Positions 24,469 to 38,130 of a DNA stretch of 64,000 nt are shown in pieces. Source of the DNA: Podarcis bocagei (Eukaryota); the NCBI GenBank assembly GCA_964188305.1, contig OZ076892.1. The stretch is one strand, 5' to 3'. Under the pieces are notes generated by a model, which was not told the origin of the DNA, did not search any database, and saw only the letters and a list, made by a program, of their open reading frames with translations. The translations under genes were made by a program, and so were the position numbers. How positions within the stretch are numbered: the first letter of the stretch is position 1; the number at the start of each line of letters is the position of its first letter.

Positions 24469-25377
24469 AGAAAACCATAGAACAGAAAGGTGGCAACAGT
24501 GACTCCCCCCTCCTGGTCAGCTCAGCACTGGCATCTGTTGTGCAGCCAGATCCTTGCCAAGTGTCTAGATGGAGGAAACAGCCTGCACAGAGCAGAACCA
24601 CCAGCTAACATCCCAAGGAACTAGGTAATGTGTGGAAGAGTGAGAAGGGGGGGAAAAACAAAACGTTTTAAAAAAAGTTTGCATGTGCTGCAGGAAAGAG
24701 CATCCTCCCTCCCACTCACCCACCTCTCTTGAAGAAAAAGACAAGAAAAGAAAATCAATACTTAAAGGATGGTGTTGCTTCTACATTCCAATGGGGGGGT
24801 GTTGAGGAAGAGGGAGTTTTTCTTGATCCTATGGGGCAGATGGGCACAGAGCATCACTGCCCGTTGGGGAATTTACAGCAAGTGCCTTGCATATGTTCAC
24901 AGTGAAGTCCCAGCTGACAGCTGCTCCCCCCACTGCCAGCCTGAAAGCAGTTGCCAGCGAGCCAGAGTTGGGGACACCGAGCCACCAGCAAATTAAAAAC
25001 AGTCGCTCATGCCCTGAAGCAGTGGAGACAGCCCCCGAGCAGTTTTAATGACATCTCTAAATAATTTTGACAGCGAAATTACTTATCGGAGCTCACCTTT
25101 ACACTGCCCTTGACACATCACTAACAAGATGAGGCCGCTTCCCCGACCTCCCCATTTATTAATTTATTTGCATTCCTGCTCTTCTACTACTCCTCTTCCC
25201 ACACCCACCCACACAAACACACACAAATTCCACCCCAGTCTCTCTCTGATTTTAACAAGCTCATCTGAACCTGGGTTGTGCTCCCCAGCCAAAGGTGTCA
25301 TGCCTGCGACTGAAGCAGCACTGGCCATGAGAAGTGTTTTGTGGGTCTGCACATGAACTGCCATGGCCTTCCTCCGG

Positions 25378-25706
25378 CAGGAGTGGGGAAGCTTTTTCCA
25401 AACCGAGGGCCGCGTTCCTTTCTGGGCAACCTTCCGAGGGCCGCATGCCAGTGGTGGGCAGGGCCAGAGGCAATAGCGAATGGAGCAGCAAACGTAAAAA
25501 TTTTAACCTTTGCACAGCTTCACACAGGCTCCCGTCTCTATCCTCCAGCCAGGCAAGCAAGAGGCATCAGAGTTCAAGGACACATTTCCAACTGGGCAAA
25601 AACTCAAAGAAGGAATGAAGCAAGGCTGGTGAGGGTCCAAAGGGCCAAATAGAGGTGTCTGGAGGGCTGCATCTGCCCCCCCCCCAGCCTGAGGTCTCCC
25701 ACCCAT
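25378..25706. mobile_element. Old hAT-like non-autonomous element (related copy about 55695-56050)
   Basis: Shared blocks GGGGAAGCTT..TCCAAAC..GGGCCGC.TTCC and AGGCAAGCAAGAGGCAT in both copies. Confidence 0.55.
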
Positions 25707-25819
25707 CATACAAAATAAATTCCAAAATCAAACCAACAACAACAACAAAATGACCATCTCAACTCAGAAAGTTGCCAGCTAACTTCTACAGAGCTTTTTA
25801 AAATGCTCTCAGAGAATTA

Positions 25820-25943
25820 AGAGACAAGGCTCTTAATCTCAGGGTCAAGGGTTCAAGCCCCACACTGGGTGAAAGATTCATGCATTGCAGGGGGGCTGGA
25901 CTAGATGATCCTCATGGTCCCTTCCAACTCTATGATTCTATGA
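25820..25943 (+). mobile_element. tRNA(Lys)-derived SINE with a CR1-type 3' tail (5' end eroded)
   Basis: CTCTTAATCTCAGGGTCAAGGGTTCAAGCCCCAC resembles the tRNA-Lys anticodon arm and B box; followed by GGTCCCTTCCAACTCTATGATTCTATGA, a CR1 terminus. Confidence 0.7.
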
Positions 25944-27199
25944 ACTGAAAACGTCTATAGGTATACAAGCTGGTGGCAACTGGGGAGAGTAACTCAGCTG
26001 GCTTAAGCAATCACACCAGCATACCATACATTGCAAAACGTCATACAGACAGGTTTTTACAAAATTGGAGTAATAGAATGGACTGGGGGGACAGACTCTT
26101 AAGTTTCCCTCTGACAAGCGCAGCAGGCTTGACCAGCAGTGCAATCCTGAACCATGTCAACTCCAGACTATGTTCTGGTGAACTCAGTGGATTTTACATC
26201 CAGGTGAGCCCAGTTAGGATTGGGTGTTCACCTTCAGTTTTCTGTGGTTTCCACTTTCTGTGCAGCAGGGCTCTACCAGCTAACCACCACCACTTGCTCT
26301 CCAGAAACCAGACTGCAAAGCGCACTTGCGAGCACAGAGAACAGGCCAATCCTGCAGAGCAGCTCAAAGGAGCAGCTCACAAACACACCGCCCGTCCATT
26401 AAGCACTGGAATTCTGACTCTGAAAGCTGTCTCCAAAGGGTGCAATTTCAACGTTTCCCCCAATAAATCAAACTCAATGTACCAGAATAAACGCCAATTC
26501 AAAGCAGCGTGAAACCACAAATAAAGAAACCCTCGCCATGCAGAATTAAAGGTCTGCAGGGACCAAAATGATTGCAAATGTGAATTCAGGGTGGTGTGGG
26601 GGGGACCGGGGGGGGGCAGGAAAGGAGGATTTACCATAACAAGAACACTCTCCTGACACACACAGCGAGCCTTGAGAATCCCCTCCTTAACAACCACAGG
26701 TGTTTGCCCGCAATTGAGATGTGGGAAGGCTGGAGAGAAAGTGTGTGCTGGCACACTACTACTGGACACCTTGGAGGTGTGAAGGCCATCACAACAACCC
26801 CAATACGTGTGTGCACGTGTGTGTAACTACAGCTGAAATCCTATGCCCATTTATCTGGGAGCAAACCCCACTAAACAAGCCAAGTCAGGGCTGCTGGGAG
26901 TTGCAGCCCTTGAGAGCCACAGATTTCCCCATAGGAATGGGCAGCAACCTCAATGCATGCTTACCAAGGAGCAAATCCCATTGCACTGATGTGTGCTTAG
27001 CACGTGCAATGGTCCCAGGCAGGTGTACACAGGATTGCACCTAAGGAGAGGGACCTTATATGCACTTCATCCCAATAAGTAGGCCTGTTGAGCTCAATGA
27101 GGTTTGCTTTCAGGTTCTAATGGAATGGGAAGGGGAAGCTGCAACACAATGCAACACAGACTCTTGCAAAGTGCATTTTGGAGCCCCTTACTTGGGGAG

Positions 27200-28000
27200 G
27201 CCGCCTCGTAACTTTGAAGCCCTTTTCACACGTTCCACTGAATCCGCAAGAAGCGGGAGGGGGTAAAAAGCTGGCTCTTGACAACGATGCTGCATTCCCC
27301 GCGGGCGCGACCTCGCTCCTGCGAGTTCAAAGTAACGTATGAACAGTAACTCTTTCCGTGCGCCCCCTCCCAAGAGAGTAGAAGGGGCTGCTCCCTGTAA
27401 GCCGTTCTTTTTCTCTGTGCAAAAGTGAGAGGGGGCGGAACTGAAGACTCACCGAGTTTGCAAACTCCTCTCGGCCCCGTGCGGGTCTCTCCCTCTCGTT
27501 TTTCTCCTGCTGCTGTCGCTGCAAGCAAGCAGCTAGCAAGCCAACCAGCCAGCCAGCGCGGCGGCGGCGTTGGCCTCGTCCTCCTCCTCCTCCTCCATCA
27601 GGGGAGCGGGTGGCCCCTTCTCCTCCGCCTGCCCCTGCAGTGACCTCCCCGCCCGCCTCCTCTCCTCTCCAGCGCCGCGCCCTTCCGCCCGATTAGCCGC
27701 CCGGCCGCCGGGTGGGCTTGCTCAGCTGCGTCGCTTGATTGATGCGACGGCGGCAGCAGCGGGAGCGGGAGAGACGCGCTCTGCTGGAGGAGGAGGAGGC
27801 GCCGCCGCCAAGGCAGCCGCAGCGGGCGAGACGCGGCTCCGCTCGCTGGGAAAGGAAAGCAAGCAAAGGACAGCAGGCGCTGCAGCCGCCAGGAGGCGGG
27901 GAACACTTGTCAGAGGTCACTCCCGCCGCATGTTGTATCGCGGGGGCTGAGTATTCTTAGAGGCGCCTTTTCAAGGTCCCCGCGCTAAGAATCGAGGCTG
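27200..28000 (-). promoter_or_regulatory. Intronic CpG island; candidate alternative promoter and first exon with donor at 27453|27452
   Basis: GC/CpG-rich block with GC boxes and a consensus-like donor TCG|GTGAGT on the SAMD11 strand. Confidence 0.55.
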
Positions 28001-29220
28001 GAACTTGCGCACCTTCTCCAGAAACATATTGCGCACCCACCGTTTCTCAACCTTGGCTCCGTAGCTGTCGTTGAACTACAACTCCCATCATCCCTAGTTA
28101 GCAGGACCAGTGGGAGTTGTAGTCCAATGACAGCTGTGGCCCCCAAGGTTGAGAAACCCTGTAAAATGCATGTTTAAAACATATGACTTTCCCCAAAAAG
28201 AATATTGGGAGCTACAGCTTGTTAGGTTGCTGGGTGTTGTAGTTCTGTGAGGGGGAAACTACAGCTCCCAAGATCATGGGTTTTGAATGTATGTCGCGGA
28301 TCTGCCCTTATACTGTTAGGGCTCCTTCCCTCCCCATCCTGGGATCGGTAGTTTACTAAGAGTGCTGAGAGTTGTTATGAGGTGACCTCACAAACTACAG
28401 CTCCCAGGATTCTTGGGGGGGGGGGTCCTACTTTAAACGTAACATATAGTGTGGGGTAATTTTTTTAACCTCACCTTTCCTGCATGGAGCTCAAGGTGGC
28501 ATAATGTGGCTCTCCCTGCCTTACCCATTACAGCCTCACAAACAACTCTGAGGTAGGTTTGGCTGAGGGTGACTGGCCAAATATCACTCAAGTGAGCATC
28601 GTGGGTAGGTGGGAATCTGAATCCTGGTCTCCCAACCTTTGGTGCAACAGAGGTTTGCTGAACTACAAATCCCATCATCCCTGGGCAGTGGCCTCTATGC
28701 TTTCTGGGGCTGATGGCATTTGTAGTTCAGCAACATCTGGAGGGCCACAAGTACCCCAAAACCTGCCCTACTCCAACCACACTACACTGGCATACTTAAT
28801 CAGGGTTAATCCTAAAAATGAACTTAATTAGCACCCAATTCAAAATGAAGAGTGAGCAAGCTTTCCAATGAGCGAGCTATGAAGAAGGAAAAACAGTTGT
28901 GGATAATGTGAAAGTCTGGGTCTCTGCTTAGGAACACTGGGGGGGGGGGCATTGCCTAAAGACTGTAAAGCAGCCTTCTTCAACCTGATCCTCTCCAGAT
29001 CCTGTTGCCAGACTCTATCTCCCATCAGCACCAGCCACTATGGCCAATGGTCAGGGATGATGAGGACTAGAATCTAGTAACATCTTAGGGACAATGTTTT
29101 GTTTAACACATTTTTACAGGCCAACATAAACCAGACAGAGAACTTTGTTATTGGGCAGGATAAAAATATTGCAACTAGCTAGGTATCTACAGTTTTAGGG
29201 TGCCTCCAGATTGTTAAGAC

Positions 29221-29416
29221 CAGGGGCCATCAAGGTTTACCACCCACGATTCTGGCATCTACGCAGACGTGATTTCCGGCGCAGTGAAAGCGGGTCCCCG
29301 TGCTGCGCTGGTTTAGTGCCGCACGTGGGGACTTGCCAAGCGGGCGGCTTGGTTTGGGGGCAGCTCATGGGCCAGTAAAATGATCCCTGTGGGCCACTTG
29401 TGGCCGCCAACCCCTG
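29221..29416. mobile_element. hAT-type MITE
   Basis: CAGGGG...CCCCTG ends with perfect 8-bp TSD GTTAAGAC. Confidence 0.85.
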
Positions 29417-30633
29417 GTTAAGACTATTCAGGCTCATACTGGGAAATTTAGGTTGGTGCAAAAATGGATTAAAGCGCTCGCTCTGCCACCCTGGCACTTA
29501 AGGGAAAAACCCCTGTTCTTTTGCAGTTAGGAAAGTGACAAGGAAATGCATTCAAAGGTGTGAGATGAACAAATGATTAATGGGAAGATGCAGAGACACC
29601 TTGCAAGCAAATCAGGGTGCATGTTAATTGTTGCATAACCTTTTCACAAGCGGATCAGAGTGAAAGCTCAATACAACCACATATTGTCTAACCTCTGCAT
29701 AAGCTTTATGCAAGAAAATCCAAGATGAATGCTCAATAAGTGAGTGACCTCCATGAGCCTTACTTACCTGACGGTAACAGCACAATCCTCTGTGTGTGTA
29801 TTTATTTCATCAGAAGCCCAGGAAATGTGCCGGGCATGGCAGCCGAAATTCTTTTAAACAGACTCAGCAGGGCTCTGGAACAACTATGCTTAGAGTGGGG
29901 CTTTGGTGCACCTCTTGATCCTAATGACTGACTTGCAGGCACAACCTGCTACTCCCATTCACAAGGTAAAATGCGGTCTGCGTTTCAGCCTGTTCTAGTA
30001 CAGACAGATCCATTGTGAGATTAAACAGTCTATCCAGTGCTGGCTCCAAGCGTGTGTGTGTGTGTGTGCGCGTGTGTGCTTGGTGGGAGGGGGTAGGGCT
30101 CTGGGCAAGGCACCTTCAGGGGGCCCCAGTGATGTGGGGCGGAAAATTTCCCCGGTGCTTAATTCCGCCCCCCTGCCCACAGAATATTTTGCTTTTCGTA
30201 AGTTCAACAGCATCACAAAGAGGGAGAGAGCAGACAGGCTGGCTTTAATTTGAGCTCAAGCCTCAGAAAAGAAAAAGGGCAGCAACAACAAAAAAATTGT
30301 TCAAACAGCCATACGCATAAACATGCAAACTGATAAACATAACACCAAAACCAGAAATGAAGTATCGGAATAAACACGTAGGAAGTGTATTGCCATAATA
30401 GGCTGGTTGTAAACATTTCCTTGCAAAATCAATACAGTATACATTAATATGTAGGGTCTTCAGAGGCCGTTCAGTAGCTTTTGCTACCCTACAGCCTGTC
30501 AGACAAAATTTAACAGTCCTGCATGATGTATGATAAGTGAAAAATACAAGTTATGCTTAAAGGGGAGTTGTTACTTGTCCCTGACATTAGGGGCTCAAGA
30601 TACTGAAAAGAGCTCCACACGATACATTTAAAG

Positions 30634-30972
30634 CAGGGGTCAGCAAGGTTTACCGGCCATGGGCCGGATCACTCCCACAGAGATCATCCGTGGGCCAGAC
30701 TGGCGCAGCACCACGCCGTAAATTGCTCCTGCGCATGCCCAGACACAAAAAATCACGCCTGCCCAGAAGCAATTTTCAGCATCCGGACATGCGCAGACGT
30801 GATTTCCGGTATCTGTGTGCGCATATGCAGTTTCTGGTGCTGCTCGGTGAGTCCCAGCACTGCGCTGGTTTAGTGCAGCGGGGGGGGGGACTCGCCGAGC
30901 AGGCGGCTCAGTTTGGGGGCGGCTCATGGGCCGGTAAACCGGTCTTCGTGGGCCGCACAGAGCCGACCCCTG
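30634..30972. mobile_element. hAT-type MITE
   Basis: CAGGGGTCAGC...GCCGACCCCTG with perfect 8-bp TSD ATTTAAAG. Confidence 0.88.
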
Positions 30973-33485
30973 ATTTAAAGCACAAATTTCTCCCAAGGAA
31001 ACCTGGGGACTATAGTTTGCTAAGGGTGCTAGAAATGGTAGATCTGTGAGGGGGAACTACAGAGTCTCTAGGAAGCTTCCAGGGAAGTCATGTGCTTTAA
31101 ATGTGTGCTGAATCTGCTTTGGATTTATAGTACAAATATGCTTTCAGATATAGGGTTAAAATTATGTCACCAGGTGTTAAAAGGCACTGGGACCCAGATT
31201 TTTTTTGCAGGAGTTCCATCCAATGGAACAGGCATAAAGTAGTGGTTAAGCACATAAGTGATGGACTTGCTGCAGGTGTGAGGAACCTTTGGCCCTCCAG
31301 ATGTTGCTGCATGCTTGCAGGGGCTGATGGGAGTTGTAGTTCAGCAACATCTGGAGGGTCAAAGGTTCCCCATACCTGACTCACCAGGTGGACTGGAAAC
31401 TCACCTTTAATGTGGGAGGAGCTGCACCAGCCAACTTGTGACAGTTGCTGTACAGATACTTGGGATCATATGTGCATGGAGCATTTCATGTGAATGATGG
31501 TTAAGGAGCCGTGACCATGTAAAAGCTGAGCCTTGAGCAAGGAGAAGCTCTTCCAGGTTTGTGTCTCCCTTAAAGGGGGAAGCAGGAGGTGGAAACATAG
31601 CAAACCAAGGTTTAAGTGATAATCTGTCTGACACCTCTGTTTTAACTATGGCTAAAGTTCAACCACAGATTAGCATTATATGCAAACTCATCGCCTCAGT
31701 GAGAAGCAGGCCCAAGATTTCATGAAAGCAGACACAAACTTCACACTTGATTGGTGTAACAGCAAGCGATGGAAATGCAGGTGAATGGGACAACCCTGAT
31801 AGAGCCTGCATTTGTGTAGGATGTTCCTGTTAAGGATCTTATTTTTAACTTATGGTTTGTACTTTGGTTTTGTAAGCTACCTTAACTGCGCTTGTTACAG
31901 AAAGGTGGGATATAAACCATTAAGATGAAACACATTCAAAATAAACCTTTACTCCCCCCCCCGATATGATGCTTTTCAGTGAGGTGTCTGCTCACGCATT
32001 CAGCTGCCAGCAATTGTGAGTACTAGCCAACGAAGTCCTACTTGCAGGAGACTCATTTAAATTAGTGGGATATACATTAGCCATGCCAATTAACTTCAAC
32101 AGGTCTACTCTGGGCGGGATTAGCATTGGATACAACCCCAAGTGTCCAGGCATCAGTTGACGGACATGCATGTGGGAATCAGACCCTGAAATAATGAATC
32201 ATTATTTCATGATATTAATTATGGGAGGTAGATTTGAACCTCCGACTCCTCTCACCAAAATCCCAAACACTGGTCCACTCCCTAACAAATGTTATCTGGA
32301 GTCCCAGTGAATGTGTAAACAAGTGGCATCTGTAATAAAGATGCCCTATGATGCAACCCCATTCACTGGGAAACACAGCGCTTTCCGCTTGAGCAACCCT
32401 AATTCCAAGGAATGGCTAGAATAAAGGAAGCTGACATATTGAGCCAGACCATTTGGTTAGTATGATAGACACTGGCTGGCAGCAGCTCTCAAGGGTTTCA
32501 GCCAGGGTGCCTCCCAATCCTACCTGGAGATGCCAGAGATTGAACCTGGAACCTTTTGCATGCAAAGCAGGTGCTCTACTACTGAGCTAGGGACCTTCCT
32601 TATCAGCCTCTCACAAGGTGAAACAGTTCTTGGATTTTCCTAATGAGGTTTCAGAGGGGGGGAAATCAGTTGAGAAGCAGCTTCAGGCACATGCTGCAGT
32701 GTGCGTGGGGTGTGTGTGTGTGTGTGTGTGTGTGCACGCTGCTTTCTGCTGAGCCGATTTCCAAATGTGGATCTATACAGCCAGATGCAATTTCCTCTTC
32801 AAATCAATGTTCCAACCTCCACTCGCTCTTTCTGGGTGGCTGATGTGGTCTCCAACCATTCACAGAGGTTGATTAAAGCCCCTGACACTACAAATTTGAT
32901 TTGACCCAAGAGAAAGGGGGAGCAGAGGGGAGGGAGGAAAGGATGGGGGATGGGGTTAATTTAATTTAATCTTTGCAAGAACAGGGAGTTCCAGGTTAGA
33001 GAATTTCAATGCTCACCCCTTTGGCTATGGAGAGGGGGGGCATTTACCCCTCAAAAGCAGCCCCTCCTCCTCCTTACTTTCTATTATTAAAAAATAAAGT
33101 TAACAAGTTTGGCTGTCAATAAGCATGCAATACGATAGGCAGGCATTTGCTGCAGTCTTCAATCTAGGTTTACAGCAGACAAATCCCATTCACTTCAATG
33201 GGGCAGACTTCAGAGCACACAGCCTGAGAAAGTGTCGGCTGCAATCCTCAGACATGCTTGCTACCCGGTGACTTTTCTTTCTGTGCAAATATCCCTTGGA
33301 TTGTGCTGTTTGCCTTTCTCCACCCCACACCCCACCTGCCATGTTTAAGAAAGGAAATGAGAATCAAAGATGGGAAGAGGCCAGGAAGCAGTTGTGAAAG
33401 AAAGCACATATGGGGGGGGGGGTCCCCAACATAGGTTTTAGTCAGCAGCCCCATCATAATTGTGCAAGTTGATTGTGTGTGGGTG

Positions 33486-33523
<38 letters not shown>

Positions 33524-34377
33524 CTGCGTTTTCAAAATGCAGCTCAAGGGACAATGGAGTTAAGTGCAATGCACAAATCAAGGTATTGGTCCTCGGATCT
33601 ATTATACATCTGTGCGGGGGAACTACTGGCCCTCCAGATGTTGCTGAACTACAACTCCCATCATCCCACACCACTGGCCACGCTGGCAGTGGCTGATGGG
33701 AATTCAGGGCCAAAGACTCACCTGCCCTGTCTGCCCTACACTGTTTTGGATTAGGGTATCTTAAAGACCACCTTTTCCCATGTGAACTGGCCAGTTGGTT
33801 ACACTCAATCACTGGAGGCCTTGGGTTTGTTTGTTTTTGTTCCACTGTCTAAAGAAAGTTGTAGTTAGTGTCAGGGTAATCAAGACAGGGCCCAGTTTTG
33901 GCTGTGGCAGTAGCCCCATAATGAACTTTCCTAGAGACTTTTCCAGAGACACTATAACTGGCCTCATCCCTGATGGTTTTTAGGTAGGCATTGGAAGTGA
34001 TTTTTGTTTTATTTTTTCCATTATGGTCATGCGTTCTTCACCTGGATGCTTTTGCAGGGTTACTTTTGAGTAGCTGTCTAAATACACTGGGGCATTGTTT
34101 CCAAGGAGCATAGGAAGCTAACAGACCATTGGTCTATCTAGCTCAGAAGCCTCTCTACAGTTCCTTCGTCCATTTGTAACCTGAAACTGTTCTTAACATG
34201 AGGCGCGCTTTCGCTAATGGTGCCTCCTGCTGCTGCCGCGCCACTGGAGCACAACTTCCGCTTGCATCCCAGGGCAAAGTTTGCAACCGGGAGCATCTAC
34301 TTCCGGGTTAGCGGAGCTCGTAACCTGAAGCATTCATAGGGAGGGCAGTACGTAACATGAGGATCCACTGTGTAGGG

Positions 34378-34613
34378 CAGGGGTCAGCAAACTTTTTCAG
34401 CAGGGGGCCAAAACACTGTCCCTCAGACCTAGTGGGGGGGCGGACTATATTCTGGGGGGGAAATAAAATGAATGAATTCCTATGCACCACAAATAACCCA
34501 GAGATGCATTTTAAATAAAAGCACATGTTCTACTCATGTAAAAACACGCTGATTCCCGGACTGTCCACAGGCCGGATTTAGAAAGTGACTGGGCCTTAGT
34601 TTGCCTACCCATG
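34378..34613. mobile_element. hAT-type MITE
   Basis: CAGGGGTCAGCAAAC...GTTTGCCTACCCATG; TSD GTGTAGGG/GTATAGGG. Confidence 0.82.
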
Positions 34614-35197
34614 GTATAGGGTTTCAGACTGAGACATTTCCAGCCCTACCTGGAGATGCCAGGGACTGAACCTGGGACCTTCCAAGTGCCACTGCGTACA
34701 AAGCAGATGCTCTGCCATTGAACTACAGAGCTTCTCCAACGTGGGAGGTTGCATCACACTATTAGAAGACTCCCCATTGTTCTCCAGCCTTGCTAAGATT
34801 GCTGAGCATGCCGTTCCCAGAAGGGAACCAACCGTTACTGACATGACAGCATTTTAAAGAGAGTGGGGAGTGGAGTGGGTTTTATTTGGTGGATGGACTC
34901 CCAGAAGGATACTTTGAAGTTAAATATTTCCCTGCTTTTGAAAAGCCTAGTTTAAAACCCATCAAGATAACCTCCCTAAGAAGTTAAACAGTAAAAGACA
35001 ATGGCCTCAATCCAAAGCTACAAAAACACACACAAATTCTGCAATATTGTTGTTCTTTCTACTTCAGTGGGGAAAAGTTTCACGCATCAAGACTGCAACA
35101 GGGTGGGAACATCCCCTGATGTTGACAGAAATAGGTGAAATCTTGCTCCTATAATCTTTGAATATACATTGGAAGGCCCTGTATGCAGACCCAAAGC

Positions 35198-35376
35198 CAG
35201 TGGCGGAGCTTCATGCTCCGGCACCAGGGGACGGAGAGCAGGCAGGGGCGTGGCGCGCAGCCCGTAGGGGCATGGCGCCCAGCATGGGCAGGGGGGGCAG
35301 CCGTGATGGCACCCCTCCGGGATCACGCTGGCAGGAGCGGTACGCTCCCCCCCACACGCATCTTCCTCCGCCAGTG
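35198..35376. mobile_element. GC-rich hAT (Tip100-like) MITE
   Basis: CAGTGGCGGAG...CTCCGCCAGTG ends with perfect 8-bp TSD CCCAAAGC. Confidence 0.85.
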
Positions 35377-36799
35377 CCCAAAGCCACTATCTTATGCCTT
35401 TGCTTGGTCACCTGCAGCAAGTTTAGAATTAACTCCAGGCAACTAGGTAGGGAAGCATTGTAAAGGCTGGTTTTCTTTTAGGCTGACATGTGGCTAACTA
35501 AGGGATATTTAAGCACTTGGGTTAGTAAAATGGGGAGAGAGAAATAAATTGTATGAACTTATTTGTAAGGCCGATCAAGACAAATAGGTGTGATCTAAAG
35601 AAGATTATACATGCTGAAGGTGCCACTGATTTCATATTTGCAGGAAGGAAGAGAGTTAGCCATAAGCACAGAGTAGAAATTTACTCTTTGCCTTATTACT
35701 CCTCTCTTTACAGCAGACAGCATGCTTTGCACTTCCTTTGTAAGTGGGATTCTCCATACAGTGCACAACTGCTTTTGCACAGACAGCTGTACACATCTGC
35801 ACATACAAAGCAACTTCTCTGGATCCCCTGCGCAGTAGCCACTTGGCAAATTGTACACAGACAGGTGTGAGCATGCCACTCTTCCAAAATGTGCAGCAAT
35901 CAGCCACACAAGGACCCATGTTGGCAAACACCTTGTGAATATGCACTGCACAAAATCACCCCAGTCATCAAACCTAGCATGACCCTATATAGAAAGTACC
36001 ATATATCATAAAGGACCAATTAACGTATATTAATGCAGACTCAGCAAACCATGTGTCAAAAGCCCTTTTCCCTTCCCAACAAGCCTTCCCTTCAGACATG
36101 TATTTTATATGTAAATAGCCACACAATATTTTATTTAGTGCACTCCACAGCTATAAATTGTGTTGCTGTCAAAACGCATGTGACGTTTTTCAGCCTTACA
36201 GAATCACCATCTCAAGGAAACCTGAATCTGCTGTGCTTCCAATTATCATTGTTGCTGTGAAACCATGAAAATGGCACACTGCTTATGACACCTAGGATTA
36301 AAAGCGGGCAAGTTTAACCTATAATACTAGAGTTATAAAACAAACTGTGAAACACTTGCTTTACTACCCAAACTTCCAGGTACTCCGTGTTCTAGGGAGT
36401 TCTACATGCTATAAACTATTTTTGGCTAACAATTTAAAATAATCATCTACACCAGGAGCACCTTTATAGTCCTCTTCTCAGAGAGCTGCTGGCAGGGTGG
36501 GGGGCTGTAGCGAGAATGACACGGAAGCTCAATAATGTGGCAAAAGCACACAAGCAAAGCTTCAGAAGTTTCTACCCTTCTTTTAATTAAGAGACTCTGC
36601 GGCTCTTTAGATTGACTATTTGATCTTGTTCAGCTCTGCCCTGCTTGTGCCCACTCTTAGGACATGTTCATACACAGAGTGGCTGTCTGGGACTGAGAGG
36701 CACCCATTTGACCAGCCCAATCCTTGCAAAGCGGCCGGCAAGTTTTCTGACCTCCATTAGTCCCACACATAAAGAATGTGTGGAGTATTATTTGTCTGT

Positions 36800-37705
36800 C
36801 TGTTTATTTTATATGCTTCCCTTCATCCAAGAAACACAGGGCGGTTTACAGTATATAAAAAAATGAAAATACGTAACATAATAACAAACAAAGCAATAAC
36901 ACCCCACCTGACCCAGTTTAAAAGGTCATTGGTTGTTTAATCAGCCCCAGTCCTGGGTGAAGAGGAATGTTTTTGCCTGGTGCCTAAAGCAAAGCCCTAG
37001 CTACTGGGGGAGGGGGGCAGCCAGGTTTTTTGCCCCAGGTGAAGCCTCCAGAGGGGTGCCATTGATGCTCCCAGCCTCTGTGTGTGTGCGTGCAAAAATG
37101 TGCATGGGGGAGGGTGCCAAAGCGGGTCTCTGACCCAGGTGAAATAGAGCCTAGCTCCACCCCTGCCTAAAGATATGTCATGAAGGCACGAGGTGAGCCT
37201 CTCTGGGGAGAGCATTCCACAAATGGGGAGCCACTGCAGAAAAGGCCTGTTCTCATGGAGAAGGCACACAAAGAAGGGCCTATGATGATTGAAAGGTCTG
37301 GGTAGCTTCATATGAGGAGAGGCGATCCTTGAGGTATTGTGGTCTTGAGCCGTTTAAGGCTTTATAGGTCAAATGCAGCACTTTGAATTGGGCCCGGAAA
37401 TTAATTGGCAGCTAGTGAAGTCAGGCCAGGATTGGTGTTATATGCTCAAACCATCCTGTCCTGGTGAGCAACCTAGTCACTGAATTCTGCACCAGCTGAA
37501 GTTTCCAAACAGTCTTCAGAGGCAGCCCCATGGATAACACGTTGTTGTAATCTAACCTAGAGGTTACCAGAGCATAGACAAAAGACATTAGGCTATCCCT
37601 GTCCAAATGGGGGGGGGGGGGAGCTCGAATACCAGCCAAAGCTGATGAAAGCACTCTGTGCCACCAAGGCCACTTGAGCCTCAAGCAACAGTAAAGGATC
37701 TAGAA
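36800..37705 (-). mobile_element. Degenerate L2-clade LINE 3' fragment
   Basis: Minus-strand peptide VYALVTSRLDYNNVLSMGLPLKTVWKLQLVQNSVTRLLT...EHITPILA, homologous to the L2 at 59027-60396. Confidence 0.8.
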
Positions 37706-38130
37706 GTATCAGTGATGGCTGGTGTCCGTTGAGACTAGAAGAGTGGAGAGTAGGGAGCCCAAACAGAGCCAGAGCCAATGACAGGCAAAGCCAAGTAATT
37801 CAACTTTTGTCTCCATCCTCCCCCTTCTCCTCACTGCTAGGTTCTACATGGGGCAATGCTAAGACTGAGGAGGAGGAGGAAGTTGACAGCTGGGGTCAAC
37901 CCAACCGGACTGGCTATAAGAAAGAACTCAGGAGAGGGGGCTGCCTGAAGTTGGTGGGGTAATGTGTTGTTTGTCCTAATGGATCCATTTTCTCTTATTC
38001 AAGTTCACTGGTGCATTAGCATAGGGCTTTGGGGCAGAGGTTGACTGTTGTTTGGAAGGGCCTTCCAAATACAGCAGGGTTGGCTTACTATACTATACTA
38101 TAGTATAGTACTATTACTATAACTATACTA

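Noticed and set aside
27570-27950. 126-aa Ala/Gly-rich + strand ORF
   Set aside because: TTG start and composition explained by the CpG island.
35080-35150. Minus-strand SGDVPTLLQS, faintly like SAMD11 DGNLPTLISS
   Set aside because: Immediate stop, no flanking homology and out of exon order; likely chance.
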